From positions 33,582,787-33,628,736 of the forward strand of contig NC_068984.1 of NCBI RefSeq assembly GCF_001194135.2: a stretch of DNA of 45,950 nt, in the 5' to 3' direction. The notes under the pieces were generated by a model that ran no database searches, was not told where the DNA came from, and worked only from the letters and a program-made list of their open reading frames with translations. This DNA is from Octopus bimaculoides. Its lineage: Eukaryota. Below are positions 24,881-35,380 of the stretch, piece by piece. The stretch's first letter is position 1; every line of letters starts with the position of its first letter. A program made the translations under genes and the position numbers.

Positions 24881-25258
24881 TTGGCACTCCGTCGCTTACG
24901 ACGTCAAGGGTTTCAGTTGATCCGATCAACGGAACAGCCTGCTCGTGAAATTAACGTGCATGTGGCTGGGGACTCTACAGACACGTGTACACTTAACGTA
25001 GTTCTCGGGGATATTCAGCGTGACACAGTGTGACAAGGCTGACCTTTTGAATTAAAGGTACAACAGAAACAGGAAGTAAGAGTGAGAGAAATTTGTGGTG
25101 AAAGAGTACAGCAGGGTTCGCCACCATCCCCTGCCGGAGCCTCGTGGTGCTTTAGGTGTTTTCGCTCAATAAACACTCACAACGCCCGGTCTGGGAATCG
25201 AAACCGTGATCCTATGATCGCGTCTCCACTGCCCTAACCACTGGGCCATTGCGCCTCC
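24881..25258 (-). mobile_element. tRNA-derived SINE family C, apparently full length
   Basis: The minus-strand head GGAGGCGCAATGGCCCAGTGGTTAGGGCAGTGG..GGTTTCGATTCCCAGACCGGGCG carries Pol III A- and B-box-like motifs. A non-tRNA body of about 300 bp follows, ending ..AAGCGACGGAGTGCCAA. Confidence 0.88.
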
Positions 25259-27029
25259 ACATACACATATGCGTAGCAATATCATATCACAAACATTAGA
25301 AACACAAGATAATACATCATTAAATACAGGGTGATAACGATGTAGATCGTCTTGACAAAAATAGATACAGCAGCAATGCAAACTCATATTTTAATTAGAT
25401 GAGATACTAATAAGCTTATGCTTGACTGTTGAACCTAGTCTCGTACTGCAACCATTTGATGTTTTTTCTTCACATTATATATTTCTAGCAGTAATGTAAC
25501 TAACGTGCGTATTCATCCATTTCTACAAATGGTAGGATGGTTTGAAAGTAAATTGGCTGTTTAAAACTCCATCCTACGCGTCGACGCATGCTTGGTTATT
25601 TTTAGAATCTTCAGAGGTTATATGCAGTAAAAGAACAATGATCATAGGAAATGGCCTGTTTTGAAATTCACATTCCACCGAACGTTACTATGAAACACCT
25701 CGAACCATTCTAAGTATATTCCTTAAATGAAAATACATCATTTTGGGAAGAATAGCATTCAAAATATCAGTGGGTAGCATGTTAATTGTACTAACATGAA
25801 CTAAGATGAAGGCCCGCTAAATAGGTACACAAAATTTACAATAATTGTATTATTAAAGATCAGGATGGTCCTGATCAAAGAAATCTATTATAAATCCTTC
25901 CAGCAATAGCTAACTTATTATATTTTCAGAGATCGTCTTCCAGACTACATTTTCCAGAAATCATGTTCTTTATATAATTGTAATATGCGGCATGTGAAAA
26001 TTTTCTTTGTTATATCTAACATGATTCCGTCTTAAATGTACAAAGCGATACATACGCCCATATCTCATTGCAAGACGGTCGGTGTTATCATATATAATAT
26101 GGTGAGTCAATAACATTAAATTAAAATTGCACCTGTGATGAAGAGACGAATCATTATATCACTGATAAATTATAGTCATGAATGGCAGGAGAGACAATAA
26201 TTTAATTGAAATTAATTGACAAATAGTCCCGGTTTATTCTACCCTCGTGCCATAGTTCATTATATTCTCATACTGTCAGACACGCATAACTTAAAAGATA
26301 CATAGATCTTTTAATATTTAATATACGTTTTAAGATATAATCGTACGTTTGTTACTAAACATTTATGTCAGGATAAATATCTCATAGCTGATCTCATAAC
26401 TTGGCATAAAAGTAAAACATGTCTGTGGGTGACTTTTGCTTTGTCATTCTTTAAATTATCATGCTACTTACTGTATACATATTTTCAAAAAAATATAAAG
26501 TTCTCTTAATGAATTGATTTCTGGCAGTAGTGGTAAATATACATTTCTGAGATTATATGATTAAAAAAAAGAATGTGCAAAAAGCTCTCTCTCTCTCGGT
26601 ATTTGTCTCTCTCTGCCCCCTTTCTCTCACTCTCGATACCTTCATGATCAGATTCACTCCTCTACATAGTTATCTTAATTTCTATCCCATGTATCTATCC
26701 TGTGCAATTATTTATCAGAACTGATTCTTAAGCTAATATTTCTTTCTCATCATCATAGATGTAACATTAAGTGACATTTATTCGTACACAACATTAAGTG
26801 TATTTGCACCTACCTTTCCATTTCATTCTTATGCAGCACATGCCTCTGAGAGTTTTCTAGACAGTCATTTGTCAGGAAGTATTGTACCATGTTATTGATA
26901 TTTGCTGGTGTCCTATTATGATTTTTGGAAGTGTAAGTAATTTTCAAACAATCCTTATAATAAGATATATAGGAAGCGGAAGTAAACATTCTTGTGTATA
27001 ATGTTTGAATTGCAGAAGTGACATATCTT

Positions 27030-27960
27030 TCATTTCCTGACTGTGCTGAGTTTAATTATCGATAACTTTATTACTTGAGGGCTGAGGTCAGACAGGGTAC
27101 TTAGTTTCGGGCAAAAAAGAAATCGAGCGTCGATTGAACATCGAGAGATGACTACAAGCCACGGCATGCAACTAATAATTGCCTTCATTCCGTCCATTTT
27201 TGAGCACAAATCAATGGGACATTCAACCTGATAGAAATTGTAACAAAATCCACCAGAAATAGCTCTCTTCCATATGAAATATAAAGCAGACATATTAGAT
27301 AATGTAGTCCAATATAACTATAAAATGACGACTAGTCAAGGCATTTGAGTCTACTCAATCCGTTGCAAACCATAGACCAAAAGCTATAAAAAATTCAAAG
27401 TAATGTCACTGGAGTTAATAGCTAATTATCTCAATAAGCAGATTTTTGAGCTGCACGAATTTTTCTCTACCATTAGAGAAGTGAAATAAAATGGCTCCAA
27501 ATTATGATTTGAAACAATGTTGCGACATTTGCTTCGCTAGTGCTTTACTGCCAAAGGCCAACATAATTATGAGCACAATTTATGATAGCTTTCCTAAAAT
27601 GGTATCATATATTATTACTTTATATCAGTATTATCAGTAAAACCTTTGAATACGAGTTTCTTTCCATCAGTGCTGCACTATTATTCTCATCAATTATGGC
27701 GTTTGGTGAAGTAGCTACCAGACGTAATTTTTCTGATCCATTCTCTCAATTTAGTAAGACAAGAAATGGGAATAAAATTCAAATTCAACTATACTTAGAT
27801 GAAACTTAGAAAGTACAGAATGTTCTGTAAATAGGCAAAACCTTAACTTCTAAATATTCGGCATTAAATGAGCAGAACACTTCTTAACGTTTATTCGACA
27901 CATTTTGACTGGTAATTTTCAAGGAAAGTATTATAGAGAAGTCAGTGATAAATCTGAAAG
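27030..27960 (-). pseudogene. Decayed hAT transposase (ZMYM1-like motif pattern)
   Basis: Collinear minus-strand pieces: DFSIIL (first-D region), IYRTFCTF, IIDENNSAALM (second-D region), INCAHNYVGLWQ*STSEANVATLFQII..HFIS (CxxH..L..FF), and LWFATD*VDSNALT (TRW-like region). Many stops and frameshifts. Confidence 0.55.
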
Positions 27961-28837
27961 TCGTGTGATTTTTCAGTAAATGTTACAAGACATAAATATA
28001 ATTCTGTAAGAATAAGCGACATAAAAACGACACAACAACATCAGTTTCATTTGTAAAAGTACGTTTTATCACCCCCACTGACTTATATCAATGTTTTCTA
28101 TAAAATATGCAACAACAACAGAACATTTTCCTGCAATCTCATTTTCTATTTAGAAAAATGTTTTGTAGCGTATTCGTAGCTATATTTTACTTACTAGATA
28201 TAAATAAAAAGTACAATAACAAAGAAGTAAAATACAAGCAGAAAACTGGTAATAGCAACAGCAAGGCAAGGTTCATCGAGTTTGACAAAAATATTTCATG
28301 TTTTATATGTGACAATGATTGTGTACGTGTTTCTATTACACTGGCTAGTTTGAACAAATATAATATAGAAATTATAGGCATATAAACATNNNNNNNNNNN
28401 NNNNNNNNNNNNNNNNNNNNNNNNNNNNNNNNNNNNNNNNNNNNNNNNNNNNNNNNNNNNNNNNNNNNNNNNNNNNNNNNNNNNNNNNNNNNNNNNNNNN
28501 NNNNNNNNNNNNNNNNNNNNNNNNNNNNNNNNNNNNNNNNNNNNNNNNNNNNNNNNNNNNNNNNNNNNNNNNNNNNNNNNNNNNNNNNNNNNNNNNNNNN
28601 NNNNNNNNNNNNNNNNNNNNNNNNNNNNNNNNNNNNNNNNNNNNNNNNNNNNNNNNNNNNNNNNNNNNNNNNNNNNNNNNNNNNNNNNNNNNNNNNNNNN
28701 NNNNNNNNNNNNNNNNNNNNNNNNNNNNNNNNNNNNNNNNNNNNNNNNNNNNNNNNNNNNNNNNNNNNNNNNNNNNNNNNNNNNNNNNNNNNNNNNNNNN
28801 NNNNNNNNNNNNNNNNNNNNNNNNNNNNNNNNNNNNN

Positions 28838-29180
28838 GAGGACAGGTGGTGTAAATAACAAAAGTATATATTAGTATGACGCTCGGGAATACGGAAAGTC
28901 TTTGACGTTTCGAGCTACGCTCTTCAACAGAAAGAATACGGAGACAAGGAGAAAGACACGGAGACGAAGAGACGGTAGGTGAAGGAAAGTAAGGTAAAAA
29001 AGGATGATAAAGGAGGTTTACAAAAGTGGAAAAGTTCAAAAGTTTTTTAGACGTCGTGGTATATTGAAGCGATTTCCAATCAGAAGATGGGTCCAGTGTA
29101 ATCCGTGGGTAGGAGAGGTGCAGCCGGAGGGTATAAAGTTCAGAATCAAACAGTCCAGATCCAGAAGGAAAGAAGGTAGA
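28838..29180 (-). mobile_element. Probable Penelope-like element terminal fragment
   Basis: It contains a PLE-type minimal hammerhead motif next to a pyrimidine-rich (minus strand) UTR-like tract, and is cut by the N-gap at 28837. No RT or GIY-YIG motif could be confirmed. Confidence 0.55.
28899..28935 (-). ncRNA. Minimal type I hammerhead ribozyme motif (core variant CUGUUGA)
   Basis: Minus strand 5'-UCUUU CUGUUGA A GAGC GUA GCUC GAAA CG UC/ AAAGA-3'. Helix I is UCUUU:AAAGA (5 bp), helix II is GAGC:GCUC, and helix III is a palindromic ACGU stub with a GUC cleavage triplet. Predicted cut between 28904 and 28903. Confidence 0.75.
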
Positions 29181-29441
29181 ATATGTATGTATGTATGTAT
29201 GTATTTATGTATATGTATATATTTATATAAAATGACTGTACATTTTACACTAATTTCACAGTAATTTTATATGGCAAATATGTTATGCTAGGCCACTGGT
29301 AGAAACATTTCTAAAATGTTGCTACCCTATATTCTTTTAAGTATACAAAAATAAGAGGAATGGCCAGCAAAAGTGGACTCCTATACGCTAGAAATAGATG
29401 CCGAATCATCTAGCCACGAAAAATATGTTCCCAGTAAAAAT

Positions 29442-29579
29442 TTAGCGACACAAAAGACTTTGCTGATCTTGAGAAAGTCTCATGTCCCTTATCTCTGGAG
29501 ACTCTCGCCTTCGGTATTCTGTACTCCTCCTTGCTCTATTGGTGTTTCTGGAGAGATTACATTTTTTCTTTGATGGCAT
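29442..29579 (-). mobile_element. Possible Helitron Rep-helicase N-terminal fragment (45 aa)
   Basis: MPSKKKCNLSRNTNRARRSTEYRRRESPEIRDMRLSQDQQSLLCR* resembles the basic MPxKRK.NL / R.ES.E.R..RL..D..R N-terminus of animal Helitron proteins. No Rep or helicase motifs are present. Confidence 0.5.
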
Positions 29580-29841
29580 AATTTTTCAATTTTTTTGAAC
29601 CAACAATTATGAACATAGAAAAAAATATTCATTAATCTCTATTTTTGTAAGCAGTTGTATGCATATAATAAGTCTATATTCTTGTATACAGTGTAAATTA
29701 ACTAAATATAAGCAAATTATAACTACCTAGCATTAATTATGAACTGTTAATCGAATAATAGATATGTATTTTGATGTACCGCGGGGCTGCCACCTAATAG
29801 TTTTTTTGTCACGTATTTCACCACCAGCCATTCTCGTCACA

Positions 29842-31363
29842 TACGTCCTTGGCCAAAAATATTAGATCATCTAAATTTTTGGTGGTTCTGTTATCTCAAT
29901 ATTAATGTAACTCTTGCACATGGTAGATTATCGTATATATCACAATATACATTAGTTTTAATATCTGGTTGACCCTCCTTTAGTATCAATTACTGCTTTT
30001 ATACTGTACTGTACATATGCAACGAATTATGAGTAAGGCCACCGTCCAAAATTAACTTTTGATTCCTTGATTATTTCAGAGTTTTTTGCTAAAATACGTT
30101 GTAGATACAGTTAATATGTAGTAAAATGCCTAAAACAAAGGAGTTGAGTGAGTGTGAGCGAACAGGCCAAATCGTAGCTCATCATAAATATGGAATGTCT
30201 CAAAGACAAATTCCTCAGAAGATGAAGTGTTCTCGATGTGTGGTGCAAACGACTCTCAAGCGATTCAGAGATATAAAGGTTAGGAAGAAAATACAAAGAA
30301 CAGGTAGAAAAAGGTTAAATCACTTCATGATGACAGATCCATCATCCGACATCGTGGGAAATTTGTGCGGACTTCAACGAGGCAAGTACTTCATAAAAAA
30401 CAACTAGAACTGTTAGAAACAGGCTTGAAGAGTGCAGTCTGAAAGGCTGTGAAGCCAGGAAGAAGCCATGGGTTTCTGAAGTGTATATAGAAAAACGTCT
30501 ACATTGGGTCAAAAACCACTCAAATTGGACCAGTGAGCAATGGTCGACAGTCATATGATCATATGAAATAACTATCAGGTAAGATAATAAATGTATTCAA
30601 TCAACATATAAACTTACTATATCTGGTTTGTTGCCCAAAATATATAAAAAGCATCCGATATAAAGCTAATATTATCTTTCATGTTTTTACTCGGGATTTC
30701 GGTACATCTGGTGCAACTACCGAACGTGGCAGAGTTGGGGAAGCGTTTAAGGCTGAACGTCCTGTACCAACCGTAAGACATCGGGGTGGTTATATCATGG
30801 TGTGGTCCTGCACATTTGCCACAAGTCCCGGAGAGATGTTTTTAAATCATGGAAGGATGAATTCAGATACCCATATTTCTATGTTATCGGATGTTTTAGA
30901 GCCATCAATTCCTAAATTTCATCTAGGAGTGTCGAAAAACAGTGTTCTCTTTCAGCAGGACAATGCTCCGTATCATATAGCAAAGAATACTCGTGAATGA
31001 CTTGAGACACATGGTATTGTTCCCATAGACTGGCCAGCTCAAAGTCCTAATCTAAATCCGAACGACCATCTATGGAGAACTCTTGGTGAAGCTATCAGGA
31101 ACACAACAATTAAAAATAAAGAGCATTTGTACCAAACTTGAGGGAAAGGAGTAAAACTGTACCTAAAACCTGAAAAAGACTAGTTGATTCAATGCCTAAC
31201 TGTATAAAAGTGGTAATTAATGCTAAAGGAGGGTCAATCAAATATTAAAACTAATGTATATTTTGAAATATACGATAATCTAACGTGAGCACGAGTTTCA
31301 TTATCATTGAGATAGCAGCGCCCCAAAACATTGGGTGGTCTAATACTTTTGGCCAAGGCTGTA
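29842..31363 (+). mobile_element. Tc1-family DNA transposon, near full length (about 1.52 kb), with long TIRs and TA TSD
   Basis: TA|CGTCCTTGGCCAAAAATATTAGATC.. (29842) and ..GGTCTAATACTTTTGGCCAAGGCTG|TA (31363). The inverted similarity extends about 170 bp (29844-30010 versus 31195-31361). Confidence 0.95.
30126..31247 (+). pseudogene. Tc1 transposase pseudogene (DD34E geometry) with one apparent intron (30579-30694)
   Basis: MPKTKELSECER..GMSQRQI (HTH), EARKKPW..KRLHWVKNH.NWTSEQWSTVI*SYE (WSDE decayed), then the intron, then FGTSG..VPTVRHRGGYIMVW, FQQDNAPYH, WPAQSPNLNPNDHLW (34 residues between D and the E position), VVINAKGGSIKY*. Several stops and frameshifts. Confidence 0.9.
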
Positions 31364-31429
31364 TGCATATGTATGTGTATGTGTTTGTGGGTGTTTCATG
31401 ACGTACGTAACGAACATGCAAACGCGAAC

Positions 31430-32160
31430 ACACTCACAGACACATACACACTCATATACAAGATGTGACACATTTATACAGTCGTCACATGTGTATATGT
31501 ATGTGTAAATGTTTCTGTGTGTTTAATAGAGTACCTTACGCGGTAACACCCAGTTAGAGAGACATACACACTCATACACCCAACCACATACACTCACAGA
31601 CACATACACAGTCATATACAAAATGTGATGTCGTCGTCGTCGTCGTAGGAAAAATTTCCTTTGCTATCTCGTACGTATCGAGCGTGCTAACACACACAGA
31701 ATCACATACACACACATAAAATGTCCTGTATTATAGTTGATATAGAAAGATTATGTCTATGAAATATCGTACTGTTTTAATGGAAATGAAAAACATTACA
31801 TGTTGACAGTCGTTGAAGGTAATACTATATGTTAGGCTGGACACACATGGATACATTCACGCATGTCAGTCGTTACATATGTATATGTACGTGTAGATGT
31901 GTGTGTATGATGCATAACGTACCTCATGCAGAAACACACACACACAGGCACATACACACTCATACACTCACACACACATCGGCAATCATATACAATAAGT
32001 GACGTTGTCGATCGTGAAAACACATACACTGACAGACACACACTCATATTCAAAATAGAACGGTGTCGTCGTCGTGGTATAAAATATCCTGTACGATATT
32101 TGACTATAGAAAGATTATCTCTATAAAATGTTATATTGCTTTAATAGAAATAAAAAATCC
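31430..32160. repeat. Diverged local duplication embedded in (AC)-rich low-complexity DNA
   Basis: 31719-31797 AAAATGTCCTGTATTATAGTTGATATAGAAAGATTATGTCTATGAAAT.. resembles 32079-32158 AAAATATCCTGTACGATATTTGACTATAGAAAGATTATCTCTATAAAAT... Each is preceded by a (GTC)n run. Confidence 0.75.
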
Positions 32161-32309
32161 TTTTGATACTCGTGTGGTGTGATACTATTTTACCTTGTAA
32201 AATTTGATTTGATCTGGTGAAGCCGTTTGAGAATGCATAAGGAACAGAGAGACAAAGAATTTTACAAAAATAGATGACTATAATAAGTGAGTTGCACGTG
32301 TTATTTCAT

Positions 32310-32462
32310 ATATCAATAAAGTAATGGCTTTTATGTAACTCACAAAACTTTGGTCGGTACGGAACTGTAATGCAAGAGTATATCCCAACGTGCCGCACAG
32401 TCGGAGTGAACACAGGGTGACATGGTTAGAGTGCAAGCTTCTCAACCACAAAGCCGCGACTA
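32310..32462 (-). mobile_element. SINE family B head, diverged
   Basis: Minus strand GCGGCTTTGTGGTTGAGAAGCTTGCACTCTAACCATGT..TTCACTCCGACTGTGCGGCACGTTGGG..CCGACCAAAGTTTTGTGAGT. Confidence 0.7.
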
Positions 32463-32596
32463 TAAAGGAGAGATACATTTTGGATAATATACTTCATGAT
32501 ACACTATGTTTAACAAAAAGATGTGATGTTTACGGTGAGAAGACCTTTGATTTTAATATTCACTCGAAAAACACAACAACTAACAACGCTACACCA

Positions 32597-32742
32597 TACA
32601 GGGTGTCGCAGAAGGAACTATCTGTTTCAATGAAATTGTGCAAATTTATTTTTTGAATGACAAAAGTTATGAGATTATAAACAAAATTCAAAATTTATAC
32701 ACTTTCAACGCATATTAAACAAGGGAGTTTAAAAAATTATAC
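32597..32742. mobile_element. Tc1/mariner-type terminal fragment (TA|CAGGGTGTC... end)
   Basis: TA followed by CAGGGTGTCGCAGAAGGAAC is a common Tc1/mariner TIR start. An AT-rich subterminal sequence follows and is interrupted by a SINE. Confidence 0.5.
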
Positions 32743-32743
32743 C

Positions 32744-33060
32744 GGAGCAGGAGCGGCTATAAGTGCAGGAGTGGCTATAAGCGCAGAAGTAGCTGTGTCG
32801 TACAACATGGTTCCGGTTTCAGTCTCATTGCGTGGCACTCGGGGCAAGTGTTTCTTACTTTAGCCTAGGGTCGACCAAAGCCTTTTGAGTGGATTTGGTA
32901 GACGGAAACTGAAAGACGCCTGTCGTATATGTATATATATGTGTGTGTGTGTGTGTGTCTGTGCATGCGTGTGTGTGCGCACGTGTGTTTGTCTCCACCA
33001 TCATTTTACAACCGATGTTGGCATGTTTACGTCCCCGTAACTTAGCAATTCGGCACAATT
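32744..33060 (+). mobile_element. SINE family B copy with a triplicated 18-nt 5' head
   Basis: Core GGTTCCGGTTTCAGTC..GGCAAGTG..GGATTTGGTAGACGGAAACTGAAAGACGCCTGTCG..AACCGATGTTGGCATGTTTACGTCCCCGTAACTTAGC. It ends shortly before the N-gap. Confidence 0.88.
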
Positions 33061-33889
33061 ATATATCTATATTTATANNNNNNNNNNNNNNNNNNNNNNN
33101 NNNNNNNNNNNNNNNNNNNNNNNNNNNNNNNNNNNNNNNNNNNNNNNNNNNNNNNNNNNNNNNNNNNNNNNNNNNNNNNNNNNNNNNNNNNNNNNNNNNN
33201 NNNNNNNNNNNNNNNNNNNNNNNNNNNNNNNNNNNNNNNNNNNNNNNNNNNNNNNNNNNNNNNNNNNNNNNNNNNNNNNNNNNNNNNNNNNNNNNNNNNN
33301 NNNNNNNNNNNNNNNNNNNNNNNNNNNNNNNNNNNNNNNNNNNNNNNNNNNNNNNNNNNNNNNNNNNNNNNNNNNNNNNNNNNNNNNNNNNNNNNNNNNN
33401 NNNNNNNNNNNNNNNNNNNNNNNNNNNNNNNNNNNNNNNNNNNNNNNNNNNNNNNNNNNNNNNNNNNNNNNNNNNNNNNNNNNNNNNNNNNNNNNNNNNN
33501 NNNNNNNNNNNNNNNNNNNNNNNNNNNNNNNNNNNNNNNNNNNNNNNNNNNNNNNNNNNNNNNNNNNNNNNNNNNNNNNNNNNNNNNNNNNNNNNNNNNN
33601 NNNNNNNNNNNNNNNNNNNNNNNNNNNNNNNNNNNNNNNNNNNNNNNNNNNNNNNNNNNNNNNNNNNNNNNNNNNNNNNNNNNNNNNNNNNNNNNNNNNN
33701 NNNNNNNNNNNNNNNNNNNNNNNNNNNNNNNNNNNNNNNNNNNNNNNNNNNNNNNNNNNNNNNNNNNNNNNNNNNNNNNNNNNNNNNNNNNNNNNNNNNN
33801 NNNNNNNNNNNNNNNNNNNNNNNNNNNNNNNNNNNNNNNNNNNNNNNNNNNNNNNNNNNNNNNNNNNNNNNNNNNNNNNNNNNNNNNNN

Positions 33890-33941
<52 letters not shown>

Positions 33942-34105
33942 TGTGGTAATCATAAGGGCACTCTAATGTGTTTACCCGCTAGAAATAATCGTCAAAACTC
34001 TCATTTGGACCACCAAAATAAAAGTTCACACACATACACTCCCACACATACATACACGCACATACAGAAATACAAAATCCATTGTCAATATTTCTAGATT
34101 CTTAA

Positions 34106-34295
34106 CAGTTACTCGCTGGGAGAAACATTACTACACCAAGTAAAATACTTGGCGGCATTCCGTCCAACATTACGTTCTGATTTGAAATTCTCCTGAGGCC
34201 GACTTTGCTTTTCATCCATTCGGCGCCTGATAAAATAAGTACCAGTTAAGCAATGTGGTTGATGTAATCGACTTGCCTTCTTCCCACTAATTGTT
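34106..34295 (+). mobile_element. SINE family A copy 1 of a head-to-tail pair
   Basis: AAATACTTGGCGGCATTCCGTCC..TACGTTCTGA..GCCGACTTTGCTTTTCATCC..GATAAAATAAGTACCAGTT..GATGTAATCGACTT. Confidence 0.85.
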
Positions 34296-34325
34296 GGTCT
34301 TGTGCACTATTTCTAAATTTCTCCA

Positions 34326-34540
34326 AGTGGCTAAACTGGTAGAATCGGAGACACTTCGGGCAAAATGCTTAGTGGCATTTCGTCCATCTTTATGTTCTAA
34401 GTTCAAATTCCATCCAAGTCGACTTTACCTTTTATCTCTTTCGGTAGCAATAACATAAATACCTACTAGTTGAATTCTAAGGACGATATAATCGACTATC
34501 ACCTATCCCCAGATTTCCAGCCCTTATAGCAGAAAGGAAT
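34326..34540 (+). mobile_element. SINE family A copy 2 of a head-to-tail pair
   Basis: GGCAAAATGCTTAGTGGCATTTCGTCC..GTTCTAAGTTCAAATTCC..GTCGACTTTACCTTT..GATATAATCGACT. Confidence 0.85.
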
Positions 34541-35380
34541 ATATCTAGACGTGTCTTGTCCCATATTCAGAATGCAATGATTTGACGTATATAATAGCTG
34601 CTTCATTTACAAAGAAGGGTTACTAAGTTTGATGTAGTCGTTATAAAAAAATCTGAAGTGTGACAATGTGATATAAATATCACATCCTCCTTTAAGTGAT
34701 TACTTTTTGTGATATATGAAAGCTATCAATGTGTTGACAATGAATACTGTTTCCAATAATAATTGTGTATGCTTAGATATGTTTCCTAGGTAGGTTTTCC
34801 TAATTTTCTTGTGTGTCTTGTGTTGGAAGGCATTGCAATTGCTTTTATTCTAACTACTTAATGATCTGCAGAGAGTGTCAATATTTCAAGGACAATTTGA
34901 TGATGACAAGTATCAAGAAGCTTACAAAACTAAAAATAACCATGCATCAGACTGATCAGCATTAACTTCCGCGACGGTATATATGTTTGTGGTTTACTAT
35001 TGGTATGGTTGAAATTTTAGCATTCGATATAAATTCCTAGTACAAGCACAACAGGAATACCTTTGCGTTATTCACAATGCAGATCAGGTAAACATCAAGT
35101 GGAGCAACCATATGTTCTCCCCTAGCGCTCATATTTGCGAAAGTCTGTGATTTTATACGAGAAATCATAATTTATGGAAGATAGAAATATACGTTATATC
35201 ACGAAAGCTTGGGCCGTCATTGAAGAATTAAAGAAATACTTAGCAAATAAATATGTACCAAACTTCAATATCAATAACAGCAAAATAAAGCTTTTTGCAT
35301 AAACTGAATCTATTTACAAGCATGAATATTTAGATTGAAAATAAGATGCAATACGTTCATTTGCACCCAAAACACCAATA

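Noticed and set aside
25185-25258. tRNA-like sequence
   Set aside because: It is the head of a SINE, has no closed acceptor stem, and continues into a 300-bp repeat body.
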